Origin: Bacteroidales bacterium
GTDB taxonomy: Bacteria; Bacteroidota; Bacteroidia; Bacteroidales; ML635J-15
DNA: 64,000 nt
Direction: 5' to 3'
Assembly (NCBI GenBank): GCA_017617125.1
Contig: JAFZWY010000052.1
Coordinates: 1,528 to 65,527 of the forward strand
In this document: positions 27,001-39,600 of the stretch, piece after piece
Position numbering within the stretch: the first letter of the stretch is position 1
Layout: each line of letters begins with the position of its first letter
The notes under the pieces: generated by a model
What the model saw: only the letters and a program-made list of their open reading frames with translations
The model's database searches: none
What the model was told of the DNA's origin: nothing
Made by a program: the position numbers and the translations under genes

Positions 27001-27008
27001 TAAATTTG
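27001..27008 (+). promoter_or_regulatory. -7 box (TAaaTTTG) for the small-ORF/giant-gene-2 unit
   Basis: Matches TAnnTTTG. A TTTG at 26979-26982 lies 18 nt upstream (-33-like). The spacer holds T9 and T8 homopolymer runs. Confidence 0.45.
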
Positions 27009-27103
27009 GTACGTCATTTTGGGTAGATTTTTCTTGATTGCCTCAAAGTGTAGAGTATATAGTAGATTGTTAGGTTTATAGTTGAAAATAAATATAGTAG
27101 AGT

Positions 27104-27613
27104 ATGAACAGATATTTATTAAGAGTATTAGTTAGTGTGGTGTTGTTTACGTTGAGTGCATCTGCATTCTCGCAAGTTAAGCTGGCAGAGAATAGCGAAG
27201 TAACAAAGTTTTACGACGGAGGTACACGTATCACCTATATCGAGGTGAAAGGTTTTCCGAATTCGGAAGAGGTGCGAGATTTCGTAAGCAAGAAGGTTTT
27301 GGAGCATCCTGATGTAAGTAGAGTTATCGTTTATAAGGATGGCAAGACATTCATGTATGATGCCAAGGCTGCAATAGAGCCAGATATGGTTGTAGATATG
27401 GTAAACGATGCTCTGAATGAGTATAGGCTGGTGATGGGTGATTTCCCAGAGTGGAAAGAGTTCGATGATGTCAAGCCAAAAACTACGCCGGCACAATATA
27501 CAATAAAAGAAGATAATAGTGAGGTGGCTCCAGGTTCGTATACTGCAGTGCCAGTAGAAAGACCGCAGAAGTCTAGTACGCAAAAGCCAACCGATAATGT
27601 TAATACGAAATAA
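27104..27613 (+). CDS. Small exported protein of unknown function (169 aa), co-oriented 11 nt upstream of giant gene 2
   Basis: Signal peptide MNRYLLRVLVSVVLFTLSASAFSQ, a ~100-aa globular part, then a Pro/Lys/Thr-rich and probably disordered tail. I recognise no family motif. Confidence 0.6.
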   Translation: MNRYLLRVLVSVVLFTLSASAFSQVKLAENSEVTKFYDGGTRITYIEVKGFPNSEEVRDFVSKKVLEHPDVSRVIVYKDGKTFMYDAKAAIEPDMVVDMVNDALNEYRLVMGDFPEWKEFDDVKPKTTPAQYTIKEDNSEVAPGSYTAVPVERPQKSSTQKPTDNVNTK

Positions 27614-27624
27614 TTGTTGCGATT

Positions 27625-30600
27625 ATGAGAAACTTATACCATATATTAAAAAGCAAAGTTATGCTAATGCAGAAGCACTTTATTGCAGCATGCTGTCTTG
27701 TCATGCTGTTGTGTTGTGGGGATATTTTTGCTCAGACAACAGTAAACTATAATTTTGAAGGTGCGGATAGAAGTTCGTGGACCTTTGTAAATGGATCAGT
27801 CACTAACAAATGGTGTATAAGCAAGAATACAAATGCCCAGAATGGGGGCACTTATTCTTTGTATGTTACCAATGGTACTGGCGGTCTTCAGACAGGAACT
27901 ACACAGGACTATGCGTATACAATATCTTCTAGTTCAGTTGTTTGGGCTTATATGGATATAACATTTCCTGTGACAACCAATGATTTTACGTTCTCGTTTG
28001 ACTGGAAGTGTTATGGCGAATCGTCGTTGGATTTCTTCAGCGCATATTTAGGTCCAACAACCAGTACTGTTACCGCAGGAACAACTTTAACGGCACCGAC
28101 AGGCGCTGTGGCGTTTGTTAATACTTTGCGAACGTCCAACAATACGTATTTCAACGATTATAACGGCAGCGCGTATATGACGACAACAGCGTCTAATGTT
28201 CCATGGAGGACTTTCTCGACAACCTTGGATGCTGCTACATATTCAGGACAGACAAAAAGACTATTTTTTGCATGGAAGAATGATGGATCTGTAGGTGCCG
28301 GTTATCCTGCAGCAATTGATAATATCAAATTGATATACACGCAGCCAACATGTGACGAGACAATTACTTTGTCAAGTAATTTGTCAAGGACAATAAACTG
28401 TAATACAACGTATTGCTTCTACGACTCGGGAGGCGCTTCAGGAAATTATGGTAATAGCCAGGATTATACCGCAACATTTACCTCAAATGGAGCAATAACC
28501 ATTACGTTTGAATCGTTTGCAACTCAGTCAACCCAGGATTATCTTACAGTATACGATGGTAATGCGACGACAGGAATTGTGTTGATTCAAAATGCGAGCG
28601 GAACAACCGTTCCTGCAGGTGTTACGGCTGTTAGCGGTACAATGACTGTAGTATGGCATTCTAATCAATCCCAAAATAATACTGGATGGAAGGCTTATAT
28701 AACAGGATGTGGATATGTAGATCCATGTCCAGTAATAGGAGCAACTGAAACAGCATCTTCTTCTGGTATTTATGGCGGTATTTATACATGGGGAAACTCG
28801 TATGCGTATACACAGCAGGTATATTTGGCTTCTGAACTTTTGGCTGCCGGTGTGCGTCCTGGTGTGCTCGAGAGCATTGCTCTTAACTACGCAGAGACAA
28901 CTGCCAGCTCATTGACATTTGAGGTGTATATTGGACAGACGAGTCAGTCTACAGTGCCGACATCGTGGATTACAGATGCAGGCCTGACACTTGCATATGC
29001 TGGAACAATAAGTTTTACAACAGGGTGGAATACAATAGATGTCAGTGGCGCTAACTTTGTATGGGATGGTTCCAGCAATATTGTATTGGCATTCCGTCGT
29101 ACATCAAGTACTTCTGGAGCGGTATCGTATCCAGATTTCTACTATACGTCTAGTACCGGTATGGTTGCATACTATACTAGTTCGAGTTCTGTTACATTAA
29201 ATGGTAGCAATGTCGCAACTTCATCAGGAACCGCAACAGCTCAGCGTCCGAATGTTAAATTCTGTATAGACGATTGTACTCAGCTGACGGGCACTTTTTC
29301 GTTGTCACAGTCTTCTGCTGTCGTAATGCTTGGACAAACATTGAATCTTAGCACTTTGCTGACGAATAGTCTGTCTCCGGCTGGTACAGTTTCTTATACT
29401 TCATCAGCTACTGGAGTGGCAAATGTTAATTCTAGCGGTGTGGTAACTGGCGTATCTACAGGATCCGCAACTATTACTATTACATATACTCCTAATAATC
29501 CTGATTACTGCTCTAGGTCATTGACCTTTGCAGTAAACGTATCCGATGGATGCCCGGTAATAGGAGAAGGGTCATCATGTGGCTATACCTATGGCCCGGT
29601 TAATAATTTTTACCATTATGGATATTACCAGTATATATTCCCGTTGCCTGATTATTCAGCAGGTGGCGATATAACATCAATAGCTTTCCAGTATTGCTAT
29701 ACCACAGCAATGACTGACAAGACTAATGTTAATATATATATGGGGTTGACATCTAATTCGACTTTTGCTTCAGCAACAAGCTGGATTCCTCTTTCCCAAT
29801 TGACGTTGGTATATTCCGGTCCGCTAAATTGTACTCAGGGATGGAATACTTATACTCTGGATCATCCGTTCTATTTCGATGGTACAAGCAATCTTGTCGT
29901 TGCAATAGACGATAACTCTAATGCATATGACGGTTCGTCATACACATTTTATTATACATCTGGTACAGATAATGTCACTTTGTACAATTATAGCGATTCA
30001 AGTGATCCAGATCCTTCAAATCCACCATCAGGAACTTTGTCGGCAAATCGTCCCAATGTTAAGTTCTGTATTGAGAATTGTACACCACGTACTCTAACAT
30101 TTGCACAGCAAACCTACAACCTTACAAGTTGTTCAAATATATCTCAGACTCCTACTATTTCTCCGGTACAAGGTGGAGCAATTACATATACCTCGTCGAA
30201 TCCGATGGTGGCAACAGTATCTTCGGCCGGCGTTGTTACTCCTATATCGTCAGGTACTACAGTAATAACAGCAACCGTTGCTACTTATAATGGACATTGC
30301 CAGGCATCGGGTTCTTACACGGTTAATGTTGATGTGTCTGGAACAGCACACACTCTTACTTATAATACAACTGCAAATTGTAGTGGTACGGCAAGTGCAG
30401 CTCCGGCAAGCGTAACTGGAACTTCTGCAATAGTAACATCTACAACTCCGACTTGTTCGGGTAAATATTTCATAGGTTGGAATACAGCCATCGATGGTTC
30501 TGGAGCATCTTATGCAGCAGGAGCTACCGTAGATATGGCATGTACGAATGTTACACTATATGCTCAGTATAGTACAGTGCCACCATCTATCACTGGTTCT

Positions 30601-33600
30601 TCAGATTGTGAAAATGCAATGGCATTCTGTGCATCAAACGAAGCCGATGCAGCATATAATTTGGCAATTAGTGCAACTGGAACCGACTCTATAGGTGGAA
30701 TAGGAAGCTACCTTACTCGTAATCCTACTTGGTGGTTCTTGCGAATTTCCGAACCCGGTCCTATAAATATGACAATTCATTCATCATGCGGTGATGTCGA
30801 TTTTGGCTGCTGGGGTCCATTTGACAATGTTACATGTGACCGCGAGAACGACTTGACAAACGGCACGGACTACTCATATTATTCCGGAAATAGTATGGCG
30901 GAGTATTATGGTGCATCGTATAATGGCACTACGCCGACATCGTCAACAACATCTGTTGGAACTCCGATTAATGGAACGTTCGCATTGGCTGTACCTTGCG
31001 GAAATCTTGTAGATTATGGAGGTTCAAGTTCCGAAGATGAATATCTGCAAATTCCAAATGCACAGGTCGGCGAAATATATATTGTAGTTATCGCCAATTA
31101 TGCTGGATGTACAGGTAACATTACGTTTGAACAGTCCAATATTAGTAGTGCAGGGGCAGGTCGTTCCGACTGTACCATTGTAAACGACTGTGCAATTACT
31201 AATGTTACAACTAATGTTGGAGATTGTAATGGCAACCAGACATTCTCTGTAAGTGGTAATATATACTTTACCGATGCTCCGAGCGATGGTACACTTATAG
31301 TTTCCGACGGAGCAATTAGTGAAACTTTTTATCCGCCGTTCACAAGTCCTTTGTCATATTCTCTCGAAGGTCTTACTGGCGATGGACAGGAACATACGAT
31401 AACGGCAGCCTTCTCGACATCTTCTGTAAATTGTAGCAAGATTGCTTATATCGATGCTCCTACTTGCGAAATCAACTGCCCGGATGCAACCGTTACACTC
31501 AGTGGATACAGCGAACAGGTTGGCGATATATATTATTATAATGTATGTCTTAATTCTGGTGTAAATATGTCTGCAACTCAGACCGGATATACTAGTCCGT
31601 CGTGGACTTGGAGTGTTAATCCTCACCATGGCATTGCTCCAAGAATACTTACAGGACAGTCGGTTTCGTACACACCAACAGCAGAACAGGGTTACGATGT
31701 TTCCCTCACGGTGGCTGAAGGCCAGTGCCGAACCGTAGCCCATGCACGTATCCGTGTGTCGGCTGGTCCGCAAACCGATGCAACTTCGGTTGACGCAGGA
31801 ACAATTTGTGTCGGAAATACAGGAACTGTAACTATTGGCGGGGCAGGTTCTGCTATAGTTGTAACAGATACTACATACGATATCGAATCGACTTTGGGTA
31901 GAGCTGGTGAAACTTTTATCCCCGACGGTCCTAATTGTACCGACCAGTGCTATACATCCAGTGTTACTTTCTACGACTACGAAGATGGTGCAACAGTCCA
32001 GAACGTAGATGCAATCGAATACCTGAGGATAAACATGGAACACTCGTTTATCGGTGATATCCAGATAAAACTTACTTGCCCGTCGGGACGTTCGGCTGTA
32101 ATATTGCAGGACTTGTATTCTACCGATACTTCAAATCATTCGATGTATAACTCACAGGCAATTGATCCATATACCTACACATGGCCAGATAGGGAAACCA
32201 CTACACGTTGGCATATTGGTTCGTCGGCAACTAACTGGTACACAGGTCTGCATATGTTGGGAAGAACTGCTTACCAGAGCCAGAACGATTCTTATTATTA
32301 TAGTGATGACGGTAATACATATTACCTGGCATCGTTTGGAAGTGCTGAAGATGCAAACGATTTTATAGAGAATTACCTTGCATTATATTATACAGGAAAT
32401 ACGTATGCTATATATAGTATAGGTGGCGGCAGTTACTATGCAATAGCATTTACCAGTGGTTCCTATACATTATTCGTATGGCTTACATTTGATAACACAA
32501 CTTCAAGCAATGCATATTCATTCCCGTCGCAGTCTGCAGCACAATATTTTATCAACAATGTACATGGTGGCAGTGGCGTCGCTTCTTCGTATGCAGATTT
32601 GGGCGCATATAACCGTATATATTTCGGTGAACCGGATATCTATGATGTCGTTGATGGTGCAAACCTTTCAACCTCCCAGATATGCGATGGCGACGATGCT
32701 CACAATCTTGCAGGTATTGGTTACGACTATGCATGGACAAGCAACTCCAACTATAATACCGTCGGCTATGTATACGATGTCGCAAATATGAGTTCTAGTA
32801 CAACTTTATACAACAACGGAACAGCTTCGACGAATACTCTTCATCATGTTATTCCTTCGGATGTAGAAGCAGGTACTCATATATATCAGCCGTTCAATAG
32901 CTTCTCCAACTTTATCGGATGTCCTCTCAATGGTACATGGACAATTTCGGTATGTGATAGCTGGGCAAAGGATAACGGATATATCTTCAATTGGGAACTT
33001 GCTCTTGATCCAGCATTGCTTCCAAACGACTGGTCTTATACAGTAGGTCTCGAAAGCGTAACTGTAGACTGCGGTTCTATGGTTGCTGTAAGTGGTAACG
33101 ACGTTGTTATTACTCCTGAATCAGGTTCTACAATGCCATCTACATGCAATATCACACTTCACGACAGATATGGTTGCGAAACTGTTGTTCCTTTGACATT
33201 TAATGTAGTTGAACCAACTATTGTTCTTACTTCTGGAGCAAACGATCAGGAGGTATGCGAAGGTATGGATATTGAAAATATCGTATATACAATAGGTGGA
33301 TCTGCATCCAGCGCAACAGCTTTCGGTTTGCCGGATGGAGTAACATTGACGGTTTCTGGAACAACAGCTACTATCTCTGGCGCTCCTACAACAGCAGGTA
33401 GATATAATTATACTATATATACAGAAAGCGGTGACGCTCTCCATTGCGAGGAAGTTTATCTCTCGGGATCAATAGTAGTCAATGTCGGTAATATAGTTCC
33501 TGAGTTTGATCAGGCTGGTCCATACTGCGAAGGTACTACTGTGGCCGCCTTGCCAACTACTTCGACAAATGGAATATCAGGTACATGGTCACCTCGAATA

Positions 33601-36600
33601 ACTAACGAAACCAATAGGTACACGTTTACTCCAAATCCTGGACAATGTGCAACTACTACAACAATGGATATTACCGTAAATCCATTGCCGACATTGGAAT
33701 ATACTTCGGGAAGCGAAACTTTGTGTGCTAACATAGCACCAACAAGCAATATAGTCTTCACATTCGGAGGCGGTGCAAATGGTGCCGATGTTACCGGTCT
33801 TCCAGCAGGTATGGAATTCAATATTGTCGGTAGCACTGTTGTAATATCAGGAACACCAACAGCGTCGGGTACATTCCCATATGTTGTTACTACAACTGGT
33901 GCTGTTTCTCCATGTGAAAACGAATCATTGTCACGTACAATCACTGTCAACGAATCGCCTACACTCGTACTGAGATCGGGAAGCAATAACCAGACAGTAT
34001 GTGCAGGTTCTGCAATTGAATCGTTGGTATATGCTTATGGCGGTGGCGCAACTGGTGCTAATGCAACTATGCCTGCCGGTTTGACGCAGAGCCTAAATAC
34101 TACTGACCATACTCTTACTATTAGTGGTACACCAACTGCATCAGGAACTATTACAGTAGTTACTACTGGAGTAAATGCTCCTTGCGAGGATAGAACCTTG
34201 TCCGCAACCATTACGGTAAACGAACAAGCTCAGTTGGACCTTGCATCTGCATCTTCCGATGTAGACCTTTGCCGTGAAGTTCCGTGGTCTGGAAATATCC
34301 AGTACACCTTTGGTGGTTCTGCAACAGGTGCAAATGTAACAGGCTTGCCTTTAGGTGTTACTTATTCTGTATCTGGTACAACGGTGACAATCTCTGGTAA
34401 TCCTACCGATGAAGCCGGTTCATATACCTATACAGTTACGACAACAGGTGCAGTAAGCCCATGCGAAAACATCTCATTGACGGGTATTATTAGAGTATCC
34501 GAAAATGCAACTCTCGAACTTACCTCTGCAGCAGGTACCGACGATCAGTCGATATGTTTGCCAGGCGATTTCGAAGATATTGAATATACATTCGGTGGTG
34601 GAGCTACAAGTGTTGACCTCGTCGCTCTTAATAATGCATTACCAAACGGTGTTACCGCTTCTGTAAATACGGTTGCACAAACTGTTATTATTTCGGGTAC
34701 ACCGACAGAAACAGGAACATTCTTATATGCAGTTACAACTACAGGATCTGTCGATCCTTGTAAGTCGGAAACAATGACTGGTACTATTGTCGTTAATAGA
34801 ATGCCAGAGCTTATTGCTACAGGTAACGACAACCAGAATTTCTGCTTCGGTAATGCAATGACTGATCTTGTGTTCACATATGGTGGCGGTGCAACAAGCG
34901 CAGTTATAAGCGGAACAATGCCTGCAGGCGTATCAATTTCTTATGGTACAAATACAATGACTCTGAGCGGAACTCCAACCGAAACAGGTGATTTTAACTT
35001 CTCTGTGGTTACAACTGGTGCTGCTGGAACTTGTACTAATGTAGAATTGCCTGTTTCTATAAAGGTATTCGACAATCCTACTGTTGGAATTACTTCGACA
35101 GCAACTCAGATTTGCAATGGCTCGACAGCAACTTTGACTTCTAATCCAGCATCTTTCCAATCGTACGCATGGACTTGCGAAACATCGAGCAATGCAACAT
35201 ATACTATCACTTCGGGTATGCCCGCAACAACTACAGGTTCGTCAATAGAGGTGAATCCGACAGTTACTCCAGGTAGCACGAATATTACATATGCGTTGAC
35301 CGTTTCCGATGCAAACGGATGTACTGCAAATGTGGAACAGTCGATAATTGTATCGGATATACCGGAAGCCGAAGTTAGCGTAACTCCTAATACAAAGTGT
35401 GAAGTTCCATACAACGGTACAATAACCGTAGGCAACTTCTCAGGTGCGCTTACAGGTGGAACTTATACGATATTTGCTAATGGAGAAACCCTTACTTCGA
35501 CAGGTGCCAATGTGGTATTTGACGGCTTAACTCCTGGCGATTATGTTGTAAGAGTCTCGAGCGAATCGACTTCGGATAACTGTTACTCAGAATATAATGT
35601 TACAATAGGGGATGAGCCGACTCATCCTACAGTAGCTATTGTCGGTCAGCTTTCTATCTGCGACAATACTAGTACAACTCTTACTGCTCATGCCGACGAC
35701 GGTTTGGGTACATTTACTTACCTTTGGTCGGACAACTCTACAGCAGAAACACTTGTAACACCAAACTTGACAAGTTCGACGATGTATTACGTTTTGGCAA
35801 CCGATGAAAACGGATGTACTGCATACAACGAAGTAACCGTCGCAATAGGTGATACTCCAGAAGTAAGCGCAACAGCAACCTCGCCTATATGCTTGGGTAA
35901 GAATACAATCTTGCAGGCTGCTGTTTCGAATGCAGGAAGCGGATATACACTGGAATGGACAGCAAACCCATCAGAAAATTCTGGCTTGCCAGCTAATTCT
36001 ACTGGAGCACGTATTACTGTAACTCCGACAGCTCAAGGTACTTATAATTATCAGGTAAAGCTTACTACAAGTTCATGTAATGATGGTAACGATTATGTGG
36101 TTTACGCCGATGTCGATGTTGTTGTTAATCCGTTGCCAACCCCAGGTATTACAAACAATACTGGAACACAAACAATGACATGTGATGTGACTTCTATATC
36201 TCTGACCGCAACAGGCGGAACTTCTTACGCATGGTCAAATAATATAAATGTGGCTGCAAATACGATTAGTACAACAGGAACATATACTGTAACTGTTACC
36301 GATGCAAACTCTTGCTCGGCAACTACTACAATCGCAATTGACAATGATGTTACACAGCCACAGGTTGCAATAACCGAGCCAGCTACTAGAATTCTTACTT
36401 GTGACGTTCAGTCTATTGCCCTTAATGTAACTTCGACAACTCTAGGAACAACATTCGATTGGTCATCACAAACAGTTACAACTCCAGGTACATATACCGT
36501 GGTTGCAACTGGTCCTAACGGATGTGAAAATTCTGCTTCTATCGAAATAACCAGAGATGTTGCTTTGCCAACTGTAGGTATCAATAACCCGGCAACAACG

Positions 36601-39600
36601 ATATTAACATGTGCAAATCCGGAAATAACTCTTACTGCATATGGAACTGGAACTCTTTCGTGGACTACACAAACCGTCGACCATGAAGATACATATGAGG
36701 TTGTTGCAACTGCAGCCAATGGTTGTTCCGCTACGGCAAGTATTTACATAGGCATCGATAAGGCCGCACCGACTGTTGGTATTACTTCTAGCGGTGATAT
36801 TTTGTCGTGTAGAATCCAGAATGTAACATTGACAGCAAGTGGCGCAAGAACTTATATCTGGAGCGATGCAAACTCTTCGGCAGGTACAACTCTCAGTGTT
36901 ACCACCCCTGGTACATATTATGTAACAGGTACGGGTACAAACGGATGTACGGCAGAAACATTATATACTATTAATCCGGACTATGATTTGCCAAACGTAT
37001 CGATTGTTGCACCGACTAACACTCTTACTTGCGATGTTAGATCTATTGCGTTGACTGCACAAACACAAACTCCAGGTACAACTTTCGACTGGACAACACG
37101 TACGGTAAGTACTCCTGGTACATATACAGTTGTAGCAACAGGTCCTAATGGATGTACGGCTTCTGCAGATTTTGAAATTTTACAGAATGTCGATTTGCCT
37201 GATGTCGGTATCACTGCTACCGATACTATGTTGACATGTAATAACCCAACAATAACTTTGACCGGTTCTGGTACAGGTTCGTTGTCGTGGGCTTCTGGTT
37301 CTTTGGATGTGACAACTCCGGGTGTATATACACTTATAGCTTCTGGTGACAATGGCTGTAGCAATACAGATCAGATAACTATTTACCAGAACATATCTAC
37401 TCCAAATGTAAGCCTATTGAATAATACAGGTACAGATATACTAACATGTGACATCCGTTCTATTTCTGTTTCGGTTGAAGATGATAGTGATGCCGATGTT
37501 TATGTATGGTCTGCTGGAGGTGAAAATACTACTGGTACTGGTAATGCCTTTACTGCTCCTGGTACATATTATGTAACAGCAACTGCTCCTAATGGATGCG
37601 AAAGCATTGCATCAATAACTATTGGCCAAGATATTGTACCTCCAACCGTGTCAATAACAAATAATACCGGAACAAATACATTGACATGTGATTTGACCCA
37701 GATCTCTGTTACAGCAGTGGGTTCTGCAACCGTTGATAACTACCAGTGGTCGCAGGGTACAACACAGATGTCGGCAAATAATACACTTGTAACAATTGGT
37801 ACGTACGTCGTCACTGCAACTGCTACAAACGGTTGTACGGCAACTGCTCAGATTATAATTGACGAAAGTGTTAACCGTCCAAATATCGATTTCATAAATG
37901 TTACAGGAACTACCGTTCTTACTTGTGATGTAACTTACATCGAAGTAACAGCAACTGGAACAGGAGCTAGCTACCAGTGGTCTGGCGGATCATCGCCAAG
38001 TACTGCAAATAATAGATTCGATGCAATCGGTACTTATTATGTAACAGCAACTGGTGATAATGGTTGTACAAATTCGAAACCATTCTCCATAACTGAAAAT
38101 ATTGTTCCTCCAACAGTGACGATAACAAATGAGAGCGGTTTCAACGAAATCAATTGTAACCATGCTTTGGTTAATGTAACAGCTGTTCAGGCAGGTTCTG
38201 TTCCTATTGTATCATATCTGTGGTCTAATGGCGTCGATGTGGCTGCCAATACATTTACAACTCCTGGCACTTATACGGTAAGTGCAACTGCAAATAATGG
38301 TTGTGAAAGTACAGCAAACGTTGTAATCACCGAAGATCATAATCCTCCAAGACCATCAATCTTGAGCGCTAATGGAATATATATAATCGATTGCGCACAC
38401 CCGTCGTTGATACTCAATGCAACCGGTGGCGTATCATACCTGTGGACTCCAGGTGGACAGACAACTTCCGAAATTGCAGTTACTACTCCAGGTACATATG
38501 TTGTTGAAGCAACCGGTACTAATGGTTGTACAGCAACAACATCTGTGGAAATCGGTATCAATACAGAACCACCAGCAGTGGCTATAAACAATATTACAGG
38601 AGAAGATCAAATCAATTGTAATGTTACTAACATACATATTATAGCTCAAGGTGGTTATATATATTCATGGGACAATTCTCTGTGGGGCGGTGGCGCCGAA
38701 CAATACATTACTGAAGCAGGTCTTTATTCAGTAACTGTTACGGCTCGCAATGGTTGTACGGCATCGGCAGCTATTACAATAACACAAGATACAGATCCGC
38801 CAACACTTCAGGCCAACAGTACAACAGGATTCTACGAACTGAACTGCAATGTTCCTCAGATAACTGTTAATGCGACAGGAAACGGCGAGTCTTATGCTTG
38901 GTCTGGCGGAACAAATCCGACAGGTAGTACAAATGTATTCACCAGCGCAGGTATTTACACTGTAACCTCTACTGGTTTCAATGGATGTACATCAAGCGTT
39001 AGCGTACAGCAGATAACGACCAATTACACTGCTCCTACAATTTCGATTGTCGATCAGCTTGGTACTGCAGTCCAGGTGGTAACCCTGAATTGTACAAATC
39101 CAGAAGCAACCTTGACGGTTCAGAGCAATGGTATCGCATATACATGGAACGACTATCAAACATCTTCGTCTCGCACATTTACTCAGCAGGGCGTATATAC
39201 AGTAACTGTTACAGGTAGCAATGGATGTAACACTGCTGCATCTGTCGAAATTCGTGAAGATTTCGCAACTCCTGCAGCACAGATTGTTAATAGTTCAAAC
39301 GCTACAGAATTGACTTGTACTACAAGTTCAATAACACTCTCCGCTAATGGTGGTGCAGGGGCAACATACTTGTGGTCAAATGGTTCAAGCAGTCGAACTA
39401 TTACGGTTACAACTCCTGATAGGTATACAGTAGTAGTAACAGGAACTAATGGATGTACAAATTCGAATTATGTTGACATTACCCAGGCTCCTGTATTCGA
39501 TGCTTCTATTACAAATGTTGGTACTATCAGTTGTAATGGCGGTTCAACATCTGCAACTGTGACTGCAACCGGCGGTAATCCAGGATACCATTACACATGG

